A stretch of DNA of 64,000 nt. It comes from Camelus dromedarius (Eukaryota). Where the stretch lies: assembly GCF_036321535.1 (NCBI RefSeq), contig NC_087437.1, forward strand, positions 103,418,001 to 103,482,000, written 5' to 3'. The notes under the pieces were generated by a model that was not told the DNA's origin, made no database searches, and saw only the letters and a list, made by a program, of their open reading frames with translations. The translations under genes and the position numbers were made by a program. Below are positions 13,541 to 24,402 of the stretch, piece by piece (position 1 is the first letter of the stretch; each line of letters opens with the position of its first letter).

Positions 13541-14431
13541 AGTCTCTGTAATTTCCAACACACATAACTATAAATATGTTTCTGGGATGCCTTGGTATTG
13601 AGAATAATTTAGTTAGATTGGATAATTTGCTAAGATAAACCTATCCTGATCTTTGAAGTGGCTGAATTGATTAAAGATTTAGAGTCTGTTGAGGAAAGTT
13701 CTTTGACTTGATCTTGATTTTCACCTTTGACATATACCTTAAAAATAAAATATTTGCATCTTTGGGTCTAATTACTGTGTGTTCACAAAGATTGGAATGA
13801 TAAAAAGAGAGATTCTGCCTTGCCCCTGGACTAAGTGAGGAAGGGGGATATTATAGGGAAAATGGAAGATTTAGGCAAGGAAGCTTGTCCCTAAGGAGAG
13901 CTTTATTCATGAGGCTGCACCTGGAAGGGAACAACTGAATCTGGGAAACTTACAGGAAACGGAACCTCAGGACAGACTTATGGCCAAGGTAATGGAATGA
14001 TCCTAGAGATTTTGCTTACATAATCGTGGCTCAAGTGAATAGGGTAGAGAGTGTTACTGGGTTTCCCTAAAGTGGGTTCTTAGAAAAATTTATGTATTTT
14101 TCCACACATCCCAGCAACATGACTACATAAGGAGTATAATTTTCCATGTAAAGCAAAGTAAAACTGGGGAGGGTGTAAAGTTTAAGACAACCCTGCTGAA
14201 TTCTCTAATTTTCTACAGTTCCAGAGTTTCTCACAACTAGGAGAGACAGAAGAGACAGGGAGAGCGAGAAAGAGAGAATGAGAGAGAGAATTTAATGGCA
14301 GAAGTTGAAGGATGCTTCTGAGACTGGCACGGATTTATACGCAAAGATCAGATTTTAAAAAGGGACTTCTCAGATGATGTTTGAACAATGGAAGATAAAG
14401 ACTGGGTAGTAAATATACTTTTTATTGTACT

Positions 14432-14880
14432 GAATTTGACCACTGTTACCTCTCACAACCCAGAGACAAAGAAGACCTGAGTGAAGCTGCCCTCAGGCTC
14501 CAAGAAGGTTATCTCCTCCGCCAGATCTGTGGTCAGTGTGGTGGCTGGAGGTGGCCACACTGACAAGTTCATTCTGAAAGCTGGCCATGCCCACCACAAG
14601 TATAAGGCAAAGAGGAATTGCTGGCTGTGCAAGCAGGGTGTGGCCATGAAAACTGTGGAACATCCCTTCGGAGGTGGCAACCACCAGCACATCAGCAAAC
14701 CTTCTACCATCCATACAGATACCCCTGCTGGCTGGAAAGTGGGTCTCATTGCTGCCTGTTGGACCGGGCTTCTCTGGGGAACCAAGACTGTGCAGGAGAA
14801 AGAGAACTAGGGCTGGGGGCCTAATAAAGCTTGTCCTTTTCACAACTTAAAAAAAAAAACAAAAACTAAAAAACAGAAAA
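14432..14880 (+). pseudogene. RPL8: 5'-truncated processed pseudogene of 60S ribosomal protein L8 (uL2), C-terminal ~125 codons plus 3'UTR and poly(A)
   Basis: Translation [23 protein letters not shown]...VVAGGG...KYKAKRNCW...[22 protein letters not shown]...KVGLIAA...[10 protein letters not shown] matches the RPL8 C-terminus. Intronless, in-frame TGA at 14478-14480, one codon deleted, stop 14808-14810, AATAAA 14823-14828, A-rich tail ~14849-14880. Confidence 0.97.
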
Positions 14881-15179
14881 CCTTGTACTGCCCAAATTCA
14901 TTTAGTCTCCTTCAGTCTTCTTCAAAATGCGGGGGCTCAGGATACTGTAAATTAAAAGAACTGTAGTGTTCACTATTCAGTAGAGTTGGGTGTTTCAAAA
15001 CAAAAATAAATTCATCTATAGAAGAATAAAGATAATAATATTTATAACACCTTAAATTACATCTGGCAAAGATTCAAGATCATTTCTGGGAAAATTCATA
15101 AAGAATGAGCAAATATATTAAAGAATGGTATTGACAGTGTAGTTATGATTACAAATAGATTTTTCCTTTCTTCATTGTT

Positions 15180-15432
15180 TCAAAAAATAGTCATTGAATT
15201 CTTAGTATCTGTCAAAACATGCCATAGGCTCTGGGGGATATGAATGAAGAATCCAGGTCAGATTATGCTTTCTGAGAGCTTACAACAGAGTGGAGGAAAT
15301 GCCAACAGGAAGGAAAGAAACAAACAAATCAGGCGCTGCCAAAGCTATGAAGATAATTTAATATGAGATGACATTTTAAAGAGTGTGAGAGAGTCTATTC
15401 TAGTGGGATGGCAAGGAAAAGACTTTCTGATA
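15180..15432 (-). mobile_element. L2 fragment (continues ~18880-19620 after nested insertions)
   Basis: 'cattgaattcttagtatctg...ctgggggatatgaatgaa...gagcttac...aaggaaaagactttctga' matches L2 in reverse. Confidence 0.6.
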
Positions 15433-15436
15433 TAAC

Positions 15437-15895
15437 TGTTAGTTTTGCTTCATAACAAACCATCCCCAAATTTAGTGGATTAAAACCACAACCTTCTCTT
15501 TTTCTCTCAAATCTCTATGTATGTTTTTGTTTGTTTGTTTGTTTGTTTTTTGGTCTGGGCTTTCCCAGGTGTTTGCAGCCAGCTAGAGGGTTGGCGGGGG
15601 TACAGACTATCTTGAATGGTCTTTCCCACATGTTTGGAGATTGGTGGGCTGTTGGCTAAGGTAACAGCATATCTGGTCATATGCCCCTCATCATCCAAGA
15701 AGATAGTCTGGTTTTGTTTACATGTGATAGAATAGTCAAAATGATTCCAATTGTCACAAAAGAGAGAGTTGGAAAATGTAATTGGAGAGCCCTACTTGAA
15801 TCACCTTTGTTATTCTCTCATTGGCAAATCACTTGGCCACATCTAGCATCAGAGTGAGAAGGCACTACCAAAGAAAACGTAAAAAGAGAGGTGAG
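15437..15895 (-). mobile_element. MaLR MLT1-type LTR
   Basis: 'tgttagttttgcttcataacaaaccatccccaaatttagtggattaaaac...ctctcattggcaaatcacttggcc'. Confidence 0.75.
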
Positions 15896-15917
15896 GTTTT
15901 TTTGTTTTGCTTTGGGC

Positions 15918-18420
15918 ATGGACCAAGAATGGAAGGATAGGAGTCTCCCGATTTTCCCTCTTCCTGTAGGTCTGCCAAATAGGCAGTTACACATTGATCA
16001 AACTTCTTTGAGAGAAATCCAGAAACTAATTGAATGACTCCTACATGTCAGATGACTGAGAAAATACCCACATTGAAGTAGGCAGAAAGGACTGGCCATA
16101 AACCCCACCTCTGGCCCAGAGCCTTATAATTGGGAGGGAACACCACACTCTCAGTTTCTCCCCAAGGAATAAAGAATTTGGGCAAAACATACAGAGCCCA
16201 AACTTTCAAGACTCTCACCTGAGGAAGTGGCACCCAAAACATCCATATCTGAGAGCCAACAGGCTTCACATCCATGAGTCCCACAGGAACTTGGTAAACA
16301 AGCAGTTTTTAAATGGGCACTCACGCCATTCGTGCAGCTGTGCCCTCCAGGCTCAGTGTAGAGAGAGGGAGCAACCAAAAATGCCCATCTCCTAATTTTT
16401 TCCTGGAAGGGTTTAAATGCAAATGTACAAGAACCTGCCTGAGGGTCCAGCTTCTAATTAGCCGACCTCTGAGAGCTGGCTGAGATCCTCCTGGCAGCCT
16501 GAAAGAGTTGGTGGGCACTCCCCTTGCCTTTTCTATCTGTCTCAATCTAACAAAAAATGAAATAACCAGCTTCTCCCTGGAAGGAACTTGTCCACACATC
16601 AAGATCCTAACTTAATAAGGCTGCTACCAGAGGAATAACCCCCCATATTACCTAACTCTGAAAGCCAGTGGGGCTTGGCATTCATGAGTTCCACAGGACC
16701 ATGCTTAAAATAGAGGCAGTGTTTAAATAGGTATGTGAGTACTTCTTGCAGCTATATGTACATGTCCTACAGACATACACAGAACACTCCATCCAATAGC
16801 AGCAGAATACATATTGTTCTCAAGTACACATAGGATATTCTCCAGGATGGAGCATATGGTAGGCCATAAAATTCATCTTAGAAAATTAAAGAAGATTGAA
16901 ATCATATCAAGTATCTTTTCCAAAGACAATGGTGTGAAACTAGAAATCGATAACAGGAAAAATGGAAAATTCACAGATATGTAGGGACTAAACCAACATG
17001 CTCTTGAAAAACCAATGGGTCAAAGAGGAATCAAAAGGGATATGAAAAAATATATATCTTTAGAGAAATAAAAATGGAAAAACAATATACCAAACATATG
17101 GGATGCAACAAAAACGATTCTAAGAGGGAAGTTTATAGTGATAAGCATACTCAGAATGGTCTCAAATAAACAATTTAACTTTATACTTCAGGGAACTATA
17201 AAAAGAAGATGTATAAAAGTGCAATGTATAAAGCAGGAGGGAAATGAAAGAGATCAGAGAAGATATAAATGAAATAGAGATGAGGGAGATAATGGAAAAT
17301 ATCAATGAAACTAACAGCTAGTTTTATTTTTAAGGTAAACAAAATTTACAAGTCTTTAGCTAGACTGACAAAGAAAACAATAGGGAAGACCCAAATAAAA
17401 TCAGAAATAAAAGATGAATCATTAACACTGATACCAAAGAAATACTAAGAATGATAAGAAACTACTATGAATGACTGTACACCAACAAATTGGATAACCA
17501 GAAAGAAATGGATACATTTTCTGATAGTCTCTTCAGTAAATGGTGCTCAGGAAACTGGATATCCGCATACAAAAGAAAATATCAAAACCTTATCTTAACA
17601 TTATACACAAAATTAACTCAAAGCAGATTGAAAACTTAAGCATAATACATGAAACTATAAAACACCTATAAAATATATAGGCGATAATCTCCTTGACATT
17701 GCTTTTAGCAATATTTTCGGATTTGGCACCAAAAGCAAAGGAAGCAATAGCAATAATAAACTAGTGAGTTACGTCAAACTAAAAATCTTCTGCAGAGCAA
17801 AATAAACCATCAAGAAAACGAAAAGACAACCTATGGAATGGAAGCAAATGTGTGCAAACCATATGTCCACTAAGGGTTAAATGTGCAAAATATATAAGGA
17901 ATTCACACAACTTAACAGCAAAAAACACAACAACAACAAAATTAATTTAACAATGGGCAAAGGACTTGAGTAGACATTTTTTCCAAAGAAGATGTAACAA
18001 TGGCCAATAGGTACATGAAAAGAGGCTCAATATTACTTACCATCAGGGAGACACAAATCATAACCACAATGAGATGTCACTTCACACCTATTAGTGTATC
18101 TATTAGCAAAAGACAAGAAATAACAAGTATTGGCAAGGATGTGGAGTAAAAGGAACACTTGTGGACTGTCGCTGGGAATGTAAACTGGGACAGCCACTAT
18201 GGAAAACAGTATGGAGTTTCCTCAAAAAATTTTTTAAAAACCTACCATATGATTCAGCAACCCCTGTTCTGCGTATATACTCAAAAGAAATGAAATCATT
18301 GTCTCGAAGGGATATGTGCACTCCCATGTTTATTGCAGCCTTATTCACAATAGCTAAGCTAAGAAAACAACCTGAGTGTCCATCAACAAATTATTGGATA
18401 AAGAATGTGGCATATAATAT
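15918..18420 (+). mobile_element. L1 with 5'UTR, ORF2 endonuclease-region segment and ORF2 3' segment; two large internal gaps
   Basis: GC-richer 5'UTR-like sequence 15918-16760. ORF2 segment 'acagacatacacagaacactccatcc...gaaatggataca' 16769-17518. ORF2 C-terminal segment 17523-18410, including [13 protein letters not shown] and [16 protein letters not shown] (ORF 18161-18520). Confidence 0.9.
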
Positions 18421-18489
18421 ATATTTTAATGTAATTTACATTACTTATAAAATAATTACATTATTATTAGATATATATAAAATTCTAAG

Positions 18490-18875
18490 TAGGGTGCTGG
18501 TGTATAGATACAAAAGTTAGTTTCTTGCTCAATTAGATGTCAGCTGATGTCTCTATAATCCTGTCATCTGTCTTCTTTAGTTCTGAATTCAGGTTGGATG
18601 AAGGCTTCTATCTAAGAGAAAACATTCTCATGGTAAAAAGTGGGGGGGGGGGCGCGGGGCGGGGAGAGAAAAGGAAATAAAAGAAAAGAAAATTGCGTAG
18701 CATGTGATGGCTCTTAACATTTCTACTTAGACTACCTGGACATGGCATATGTCACTTCTGCTCACCTTTCATTGGTCAAAGCAAGTCACAATAATCTCAG
18801 ATGTTTGCGGAAGGACATAATCCTCCACACAGCAGGTCAGTTGAGTAACTGGGGACAATATTTCCTCCTACCACT
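18490..18875 (-). mobile_element. MaLR MLT1(I/J-like) LTR
   Basis: 'gtcacttctgctcacctttcattggtcaaagcaagtcac...ggggacaata...ctaccac'. Confidence 0.7.
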
Positions 18876-18879
18876 GGCA

Positions 18880-19620
18880 CCACTGTCAATGCCATTGAAT
18901 TCAAAGCTATGGAAATAAGTGAAATAATTTAAGAAGAATGGAGTTTAAGAATAGAAGGAAATTCTAGGACAATCAGAGTTCTTCAATATTAAAAGATAGA
19001 GTAGTAGAAGAGCTAGCGAATGTGCCCAAAAGGGATAACAACAAGGAAGTGTTTGTCATGGACGTAAGAGAAAATATTTCAAGAAAAAAAGAACAGCCAG
19101 CTGTAGGAAATGCAGCTGAGAGATTAAATAAGGTAATAAGCGACACGGTTCCATTAGATTTGTCAGTGTTTGGCAATGGTGTATTTGAAATGGCAACAAT
19201 ATGTTCATTGTATGGTATTATTTTTCCCTCCAGCAAATTCAGTTGTGTACAGGATGAGGGAAGGTAGGAGAAAGAGAGTGATCTCAAAGGAGATGGAGTC
19301 TGTTAGGGATTAGATAGTGGGACAGAAAAAATCTAGAGATGCATGATGGTAGTGGTAGCAGTTTAAGTTTTTGAACGTATGATTTAGGCTGCAAAGAAAG
19401 TGAAGTGAAATTCTAAGACTGAAATATTCCAGCTGGTACTAAGATTTAAAGAGTGAAATGGGTTTTGGTGACTGACATAAAATTAAAGACCTAATATTGG
19501 ACAGGCAGCCCACATGGAGTTTGGCATTCCAGAATAATGATAATTGAAGTGAGAAAGTCTCAAGTAAGCATCTGAGTTCTCAGTGGATGAGGAAGTAGGA
19601 TCAAAAATTTGATGTGTTGT
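18880..19620 (-). mobile_element. L2 ORF2 fragments
   Basis: Purine-rich plus strand; minus-strand ORF contains LFNLSAAFPTA, a decayed form of the L2 RT motif LLDLSAAFDT. Confidence 0.65.
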
Positions 19621-21296
19621 GTGTGCATTTATGAGTAATAATGCTACTATTCCACCTCGTGGAATATTAACATATTAGGTATAATTGGGTGCTTGGCAGT
19701 TATAACTGGTTCATGTGGTTCATTTGGTAAGAAGTACTTAAGGGACAATTCAGAATGCTGAAAATACTTATAATGATAAACCTTCCACATCTTAAAGTTA
19801 GATGGCAAGATTTCATTACGTGATGTGCAGTAAAATGTTGCACAGTGCTTTAATGGCAATTTGCATCATAAAAGAAAGAATGGGAATATGTTAATTGGTT
19901 TGAAAATTATTTTTCTAAATAACCACATCCATTTCCACTTTGGAGTGAGGCTCCAAAACTAAAATTCAAGCTGAAATATTTAGTTATGTCCTAGGTGACC
20001 TTGTTTAATGCATGGTTATAATTACACTGAATAATCAATGGAAAAACAGGAAACTTCAAAGGCAAATGAATAGAATACTCTATGGTATTTAAGATAAAAA
20101 TGACTAGCTTTTCATTTTTTTTTCTTTATGTCTTTTGCAAAACTAATTCCCACCTTCTACCCTGCATGAACTCTTACTGGGACACATAATAGTCTTTGGA
20201 CCATACAGGTTAGTTCCATTAAAAACTCTATTGCTCACAAAGATAGATTTGCACTTTTCATCCATCACTTATCACTATTGATTTTTAAAATAACTTTGCT
20301 CTAATACAGGTTGATTTTACACTTCATCAAAACAGGAATCCAGGTCAGAGTGATATCTCATATTCTTTTCTGTTAGAACAATTAAGGGCTTCTGATCATA
20401 TCTACTAGTCTTTTATGCTGATCTAATAATGACAATGAAATTTTAAGAATTACTAGCTTTTATTTGTACCCAAAATTTCCTTAGATAAACTATGATGTTT
20501 GCACCATTTCTAAAAATGCTTTCCAAGAAAATACAGGACAAAGAAAACTATAGATTTAAGAATTCAGTCAAAATCCTTCATGAAGTTTGTTTTCTTTGCT
20601 ATTAAAGCGATATATCTAAAAGGGCAGTTGCTCACTTCATAATGTCTACCAAATAGAAGACATTTAATTTCTTGACTAATCTGAGTATTTTACAAATGTA
20701 TGCAAATGAATGGTGTAGGAAACACAGACAAGAATTTTTCAGTGTGAATTTCAGAAAACACTAAGACCACAAAACTTTGTAAATATTTCTGTTAAAGATG
20801 TAAAAGAAAGTTTTAAATGAATAAACAAAAAGACCACCTATTTACCAGATTACAAGTAACCCTGTGAAAATCCAGAGTTTGATTCACCAGGCTTTTAGCT
20901 ATGACTTCAGAATATTTGGTTTCCAGACATTCTTTTGGTTCCCCAGGACCATCAAGTTTCTGGCCCCATTCGTCCTTCCTTCATATCCACTATGACCATG
21001 TTTCTCTTCCTTTCCCCACCTTCCCCAATCTGGACATTCATTTCATATGAGCTTACTGAGTGCCTAATTTTTGCCAGGCAATTGTGCTAAGTGCCATGCT
21101 AGATATTACTAATTCTGGTTAGATGTAATTTCATTGAAAATGCATTTCCCTCAATTGCCTATATATTGGCAGCTTCTAACATCCTTACACTCAGAAATCA
21201 GGGGAAGAAGTCTCTCATCTTCTTCTGATGATAATCATTTAGCACAGAACTTGAGAACTAAGTTTGAAAACAGAAAATGCTGGTATTGAATCCTTA

Positions 21297-21850
21297 TGTG
21301 GCTTTGTGACGTGTCAACTTGGTTAAGTTTAAATACCTTTCCTATGGTTCCCTTTTCTGTATGTTTCCAGTTAGGATGGGTTACAGAGGAGACCCTTGTG
21401 GAAGATTCGGAGGATGACAGTGGAGCGGCAGCCATTTTGTAGCCCTCACATCTTGTTGCTGATCTCTTAACTCCTTTCTCTCATGAAGGGCGAGGCCAGG
21501 CCTGCCACTGCCTCACCTTGCCCTTGTTTCTTTTTTGGATTCATCAGTTCCTAAGTCAGTGCGTGCTCGCCCTGTGATGGAGCCCAGCTTCTGCAGAACA
21601 CGCATGCCACTCAGGGCAGAGATAAGGACAAGTGACAGAGATTTTCACTTCTCCTCCTGGGCTATGGCTTGTGCTTTGGGTTCCAATTGGTTCTTGCTCT
21701 TCCCCGACATCTGTCCTCTCTTCTCTGTGGCCTGTCCCTGTGTCCCTCAAGATCCAGCATCAGACACAAGAAAACAGATTTATAAATTCTGCTTAACTAG
21801 TTCTGGATAAGGTCAAGTCTTTGAAATTACTGTAAAGGTCAAATAAAAAA
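21297..21850 (+). mobile_element. ERVL LTR, LTR33-like
   Basis: 'tgtggctttgtgacgtgtcaacttggttaag...ttccctt.tctgtatgtttccagttagg...gcggcagccattttg'; AATAAA near 21842. Confidence 0.7.
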
Positions 21851-23619
21851 AAATGAAGATGACCTCAAATTATATGAAAATACACATTTTCATTTTTGAC
21901 ATTTGGATACACAGTAAAGTTTTATATAGTCAATAAAATAAAATAAATGAGGTTGGAGAAAAAATCTTTAAAAAGGAAAACAAGTTAACTTAACTGAATT
22001 TCAAATGAATAGCACAACCAGAGTGAAGAGTGGGACAAAGAAATAACCCAAGTAACTTTTAAACACGTTATCACAGTATTTTGTCTAAATGCCTTCAGTA
22101 TGAAGACAAAAACATTTTTTAAAGATTCTGAGATCTAAGCAAGATTTCTGTATTGGCATGGATTAGCAAATTTGAAACTATGTATTTCAAGGCTGACAAA
22201 TGAGATTATATTTTGTGGACAATTTTGGTAAGATATTTCACTGTTGGGAAAGAGAGTAACTGTACAGAAAGGGGTGGGGATAACAGAATAGATCTTCTCA
22301 TGTGGAATTGAAACAGGAAGTATCAGTTCATTGTAGTTAATTAGAGGACACTGTTTCTTAGATTCCTACCCAACAAGAGTAGTTCATTTTATCCTCAATT
22401 TTGAATGTTTCACTGATAAAATGTTTTGAACAATTCTGAGGATTTTTTTTCCCCTAGTATTTCCATTTCTCAAAGTCAAAATTGATTGAAAATTCTATAA
22501 AAATGAATTACGTTTTCTCAGAATATGTGAACATTGGAAAAAGAAACCTCTTTGAGTTTGTGATTGTTCTGTTTTTTAGTATGAGGACAGCTATTAGAGT
22601 AACATTTCTTCCCAATCTATTACAATCATCCTGACAGACTGATAGCAACCTTTACTTTTGGGGGTTAATATTAAATCACTGTTCTTATATTCCTCTTCCT
22701 CATTAGATCGGTAATGCAAAAGGTCTAATGTGATGTCAAGGACTTGCATTTATCAAAGTGAAAATACCTTGTGGCTGCTTGTCAGGATCACCACTCCCAC
22801 CCCATTTTTTAAAAAATAATTACTGGAAAAATTATATTGAATCAATGAGTAACTGTAGGAGATTTTATGAGCGAAGTTAGCAAACAGTTTGGAGAATATG
22901 TATGGATAATTGGTTAATAGAATAAAATATAATAAATATAAGATTACATGACACAAGTGCCTTCCTGTCCCTTAAAAATTGAATATATATAAGATTGTTT
23001 AAAACACATATATGATGGATTTGAAGCCTCTACTGAATCATAGTTTACTAGATATAATATTGGTGTTTAGTTCACATTTCTGTGTATATATTTTGTGAAT
23101 AATTTGAAATCAACCTTGTGGTCATATTTTATTGATTTTACATTTAATTTTCATTTGTTAGTTAGGTGATATTTGGCATGGTGTTTCCAGTCTGAAGCAG
23201 TTGTCTGAAACCTGTTCTGAAACATTTAAAAGACATCCAGTGGACCTCATATCACCCTTCAGTTTCCCCATTTATTTCTGGTAATATGCTTAATTTCTTA
23301 CAGATGCTGTGCTTAGTGCTATAACTATCAAAAATTGCTCTGCTATTTCCAAAAACAGCTTTCATTAATTAAGATTATGCCACATTAATGACTACACAAC
23401 TTTTAACTAATTAAACAACTATTATAGATTTCCTGAGTTACTAAATCAGGAGACATTTCTTGAACTAAAAAACTAAAAGCTGAAAAAAGTTTATTTAGTC
23501 AAGACTGGTATGTTGTTTATGCAAGGAATAGACAGAACTGGAGTCACTTAAAGTCATAAAAACTGCCTAATTTCTGTAATTTGAAATATTCAGTTTTGGG
23601 TAAATTATAAATGTACACA

Positions 23620-24402
23620 TTAAAATATGCATCATTAGTTTTTTATGAAATGAAAATTAAAATCACTGTGAGATACCATGACATGCCTATTAAAAAAGAC
23701 TGATCATGTCAAGTATTGAAGAGGATGGCAGGGAACTTGAACTCTTTAATTCACTGCTGGTGTGAATATTAAGTAACACAACAACTTTGGGAAAATTTTG
23801 CCAGAATTAAAAATTAACTTTTAAAAGTTAATTATACACCAACCATATGACCTGGCCATTCCGCTCCTAGTTATTTACCCAAGGGGAAAAAAAAAGATAT
23901 ATCCATACAAAACATTGTATATTTATTCATAGCAGAGATATTTGTAATAGACAAAATAATATAAATGTCCATTACCAGGTGGATAAATTGTGCTATGCCT
24001 AAAAAATGAAATATTAGCAATAAAAATGAGTGAACTATTGATACAAGCAACACCATGGATGAACCTCAAAATAATTTTGTTGACAAAAAGACCAGGCCCC
24101 TGCTCCTCCCCAAAAGAATAGACCCTATATAATTCCATTTACATAAAACTCAAGGAAATGCAAACTAATTTCTAATAATAGTAGATTCATTCTTGTTTTG
24201 GGATGGCAAGGTGGGATGAGGATAAGAAGGAGGGATTGCAAAGTAGGAAGAAGAAAATTTCGGGGAGTAAGGATATATTCACTCTCTTGATTGTGCTGTG
24301 GTCTCACAGATGCATGTATCTGTCAATCATTAGATTTTATACTTTCAGTTTATGTAGCATATTGTATGTCAATTATAGCTCAAGAACGCTTTTAAAAACA
24401 AA
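23620..24402 (+). mobile_element. Old L1M ORF2 end and 3'UTR
   Basis: 'accatatgacctggccattccgctcctag', 'atggatgaacctcaaaataatt', 'attccatttacataaaact', 'gtatgtcaattatagctcaa'. Confidence 0.85.

Noticed and set aside
14453..14843. Antisense and alternative-frame ORFs of 68-116 aa
   Set aside because: Shadow ORFs of the RPL8 pseudogene.
18103..18520. 119-aa and 81-aa ORFs
   Set aside because: L1 ORF2 C-terminus and its antisense.
18642..18668. G-run with G-quadruplex potential
   Set aside because: Simple expansion inside an MLT1 LTR; no functional context.
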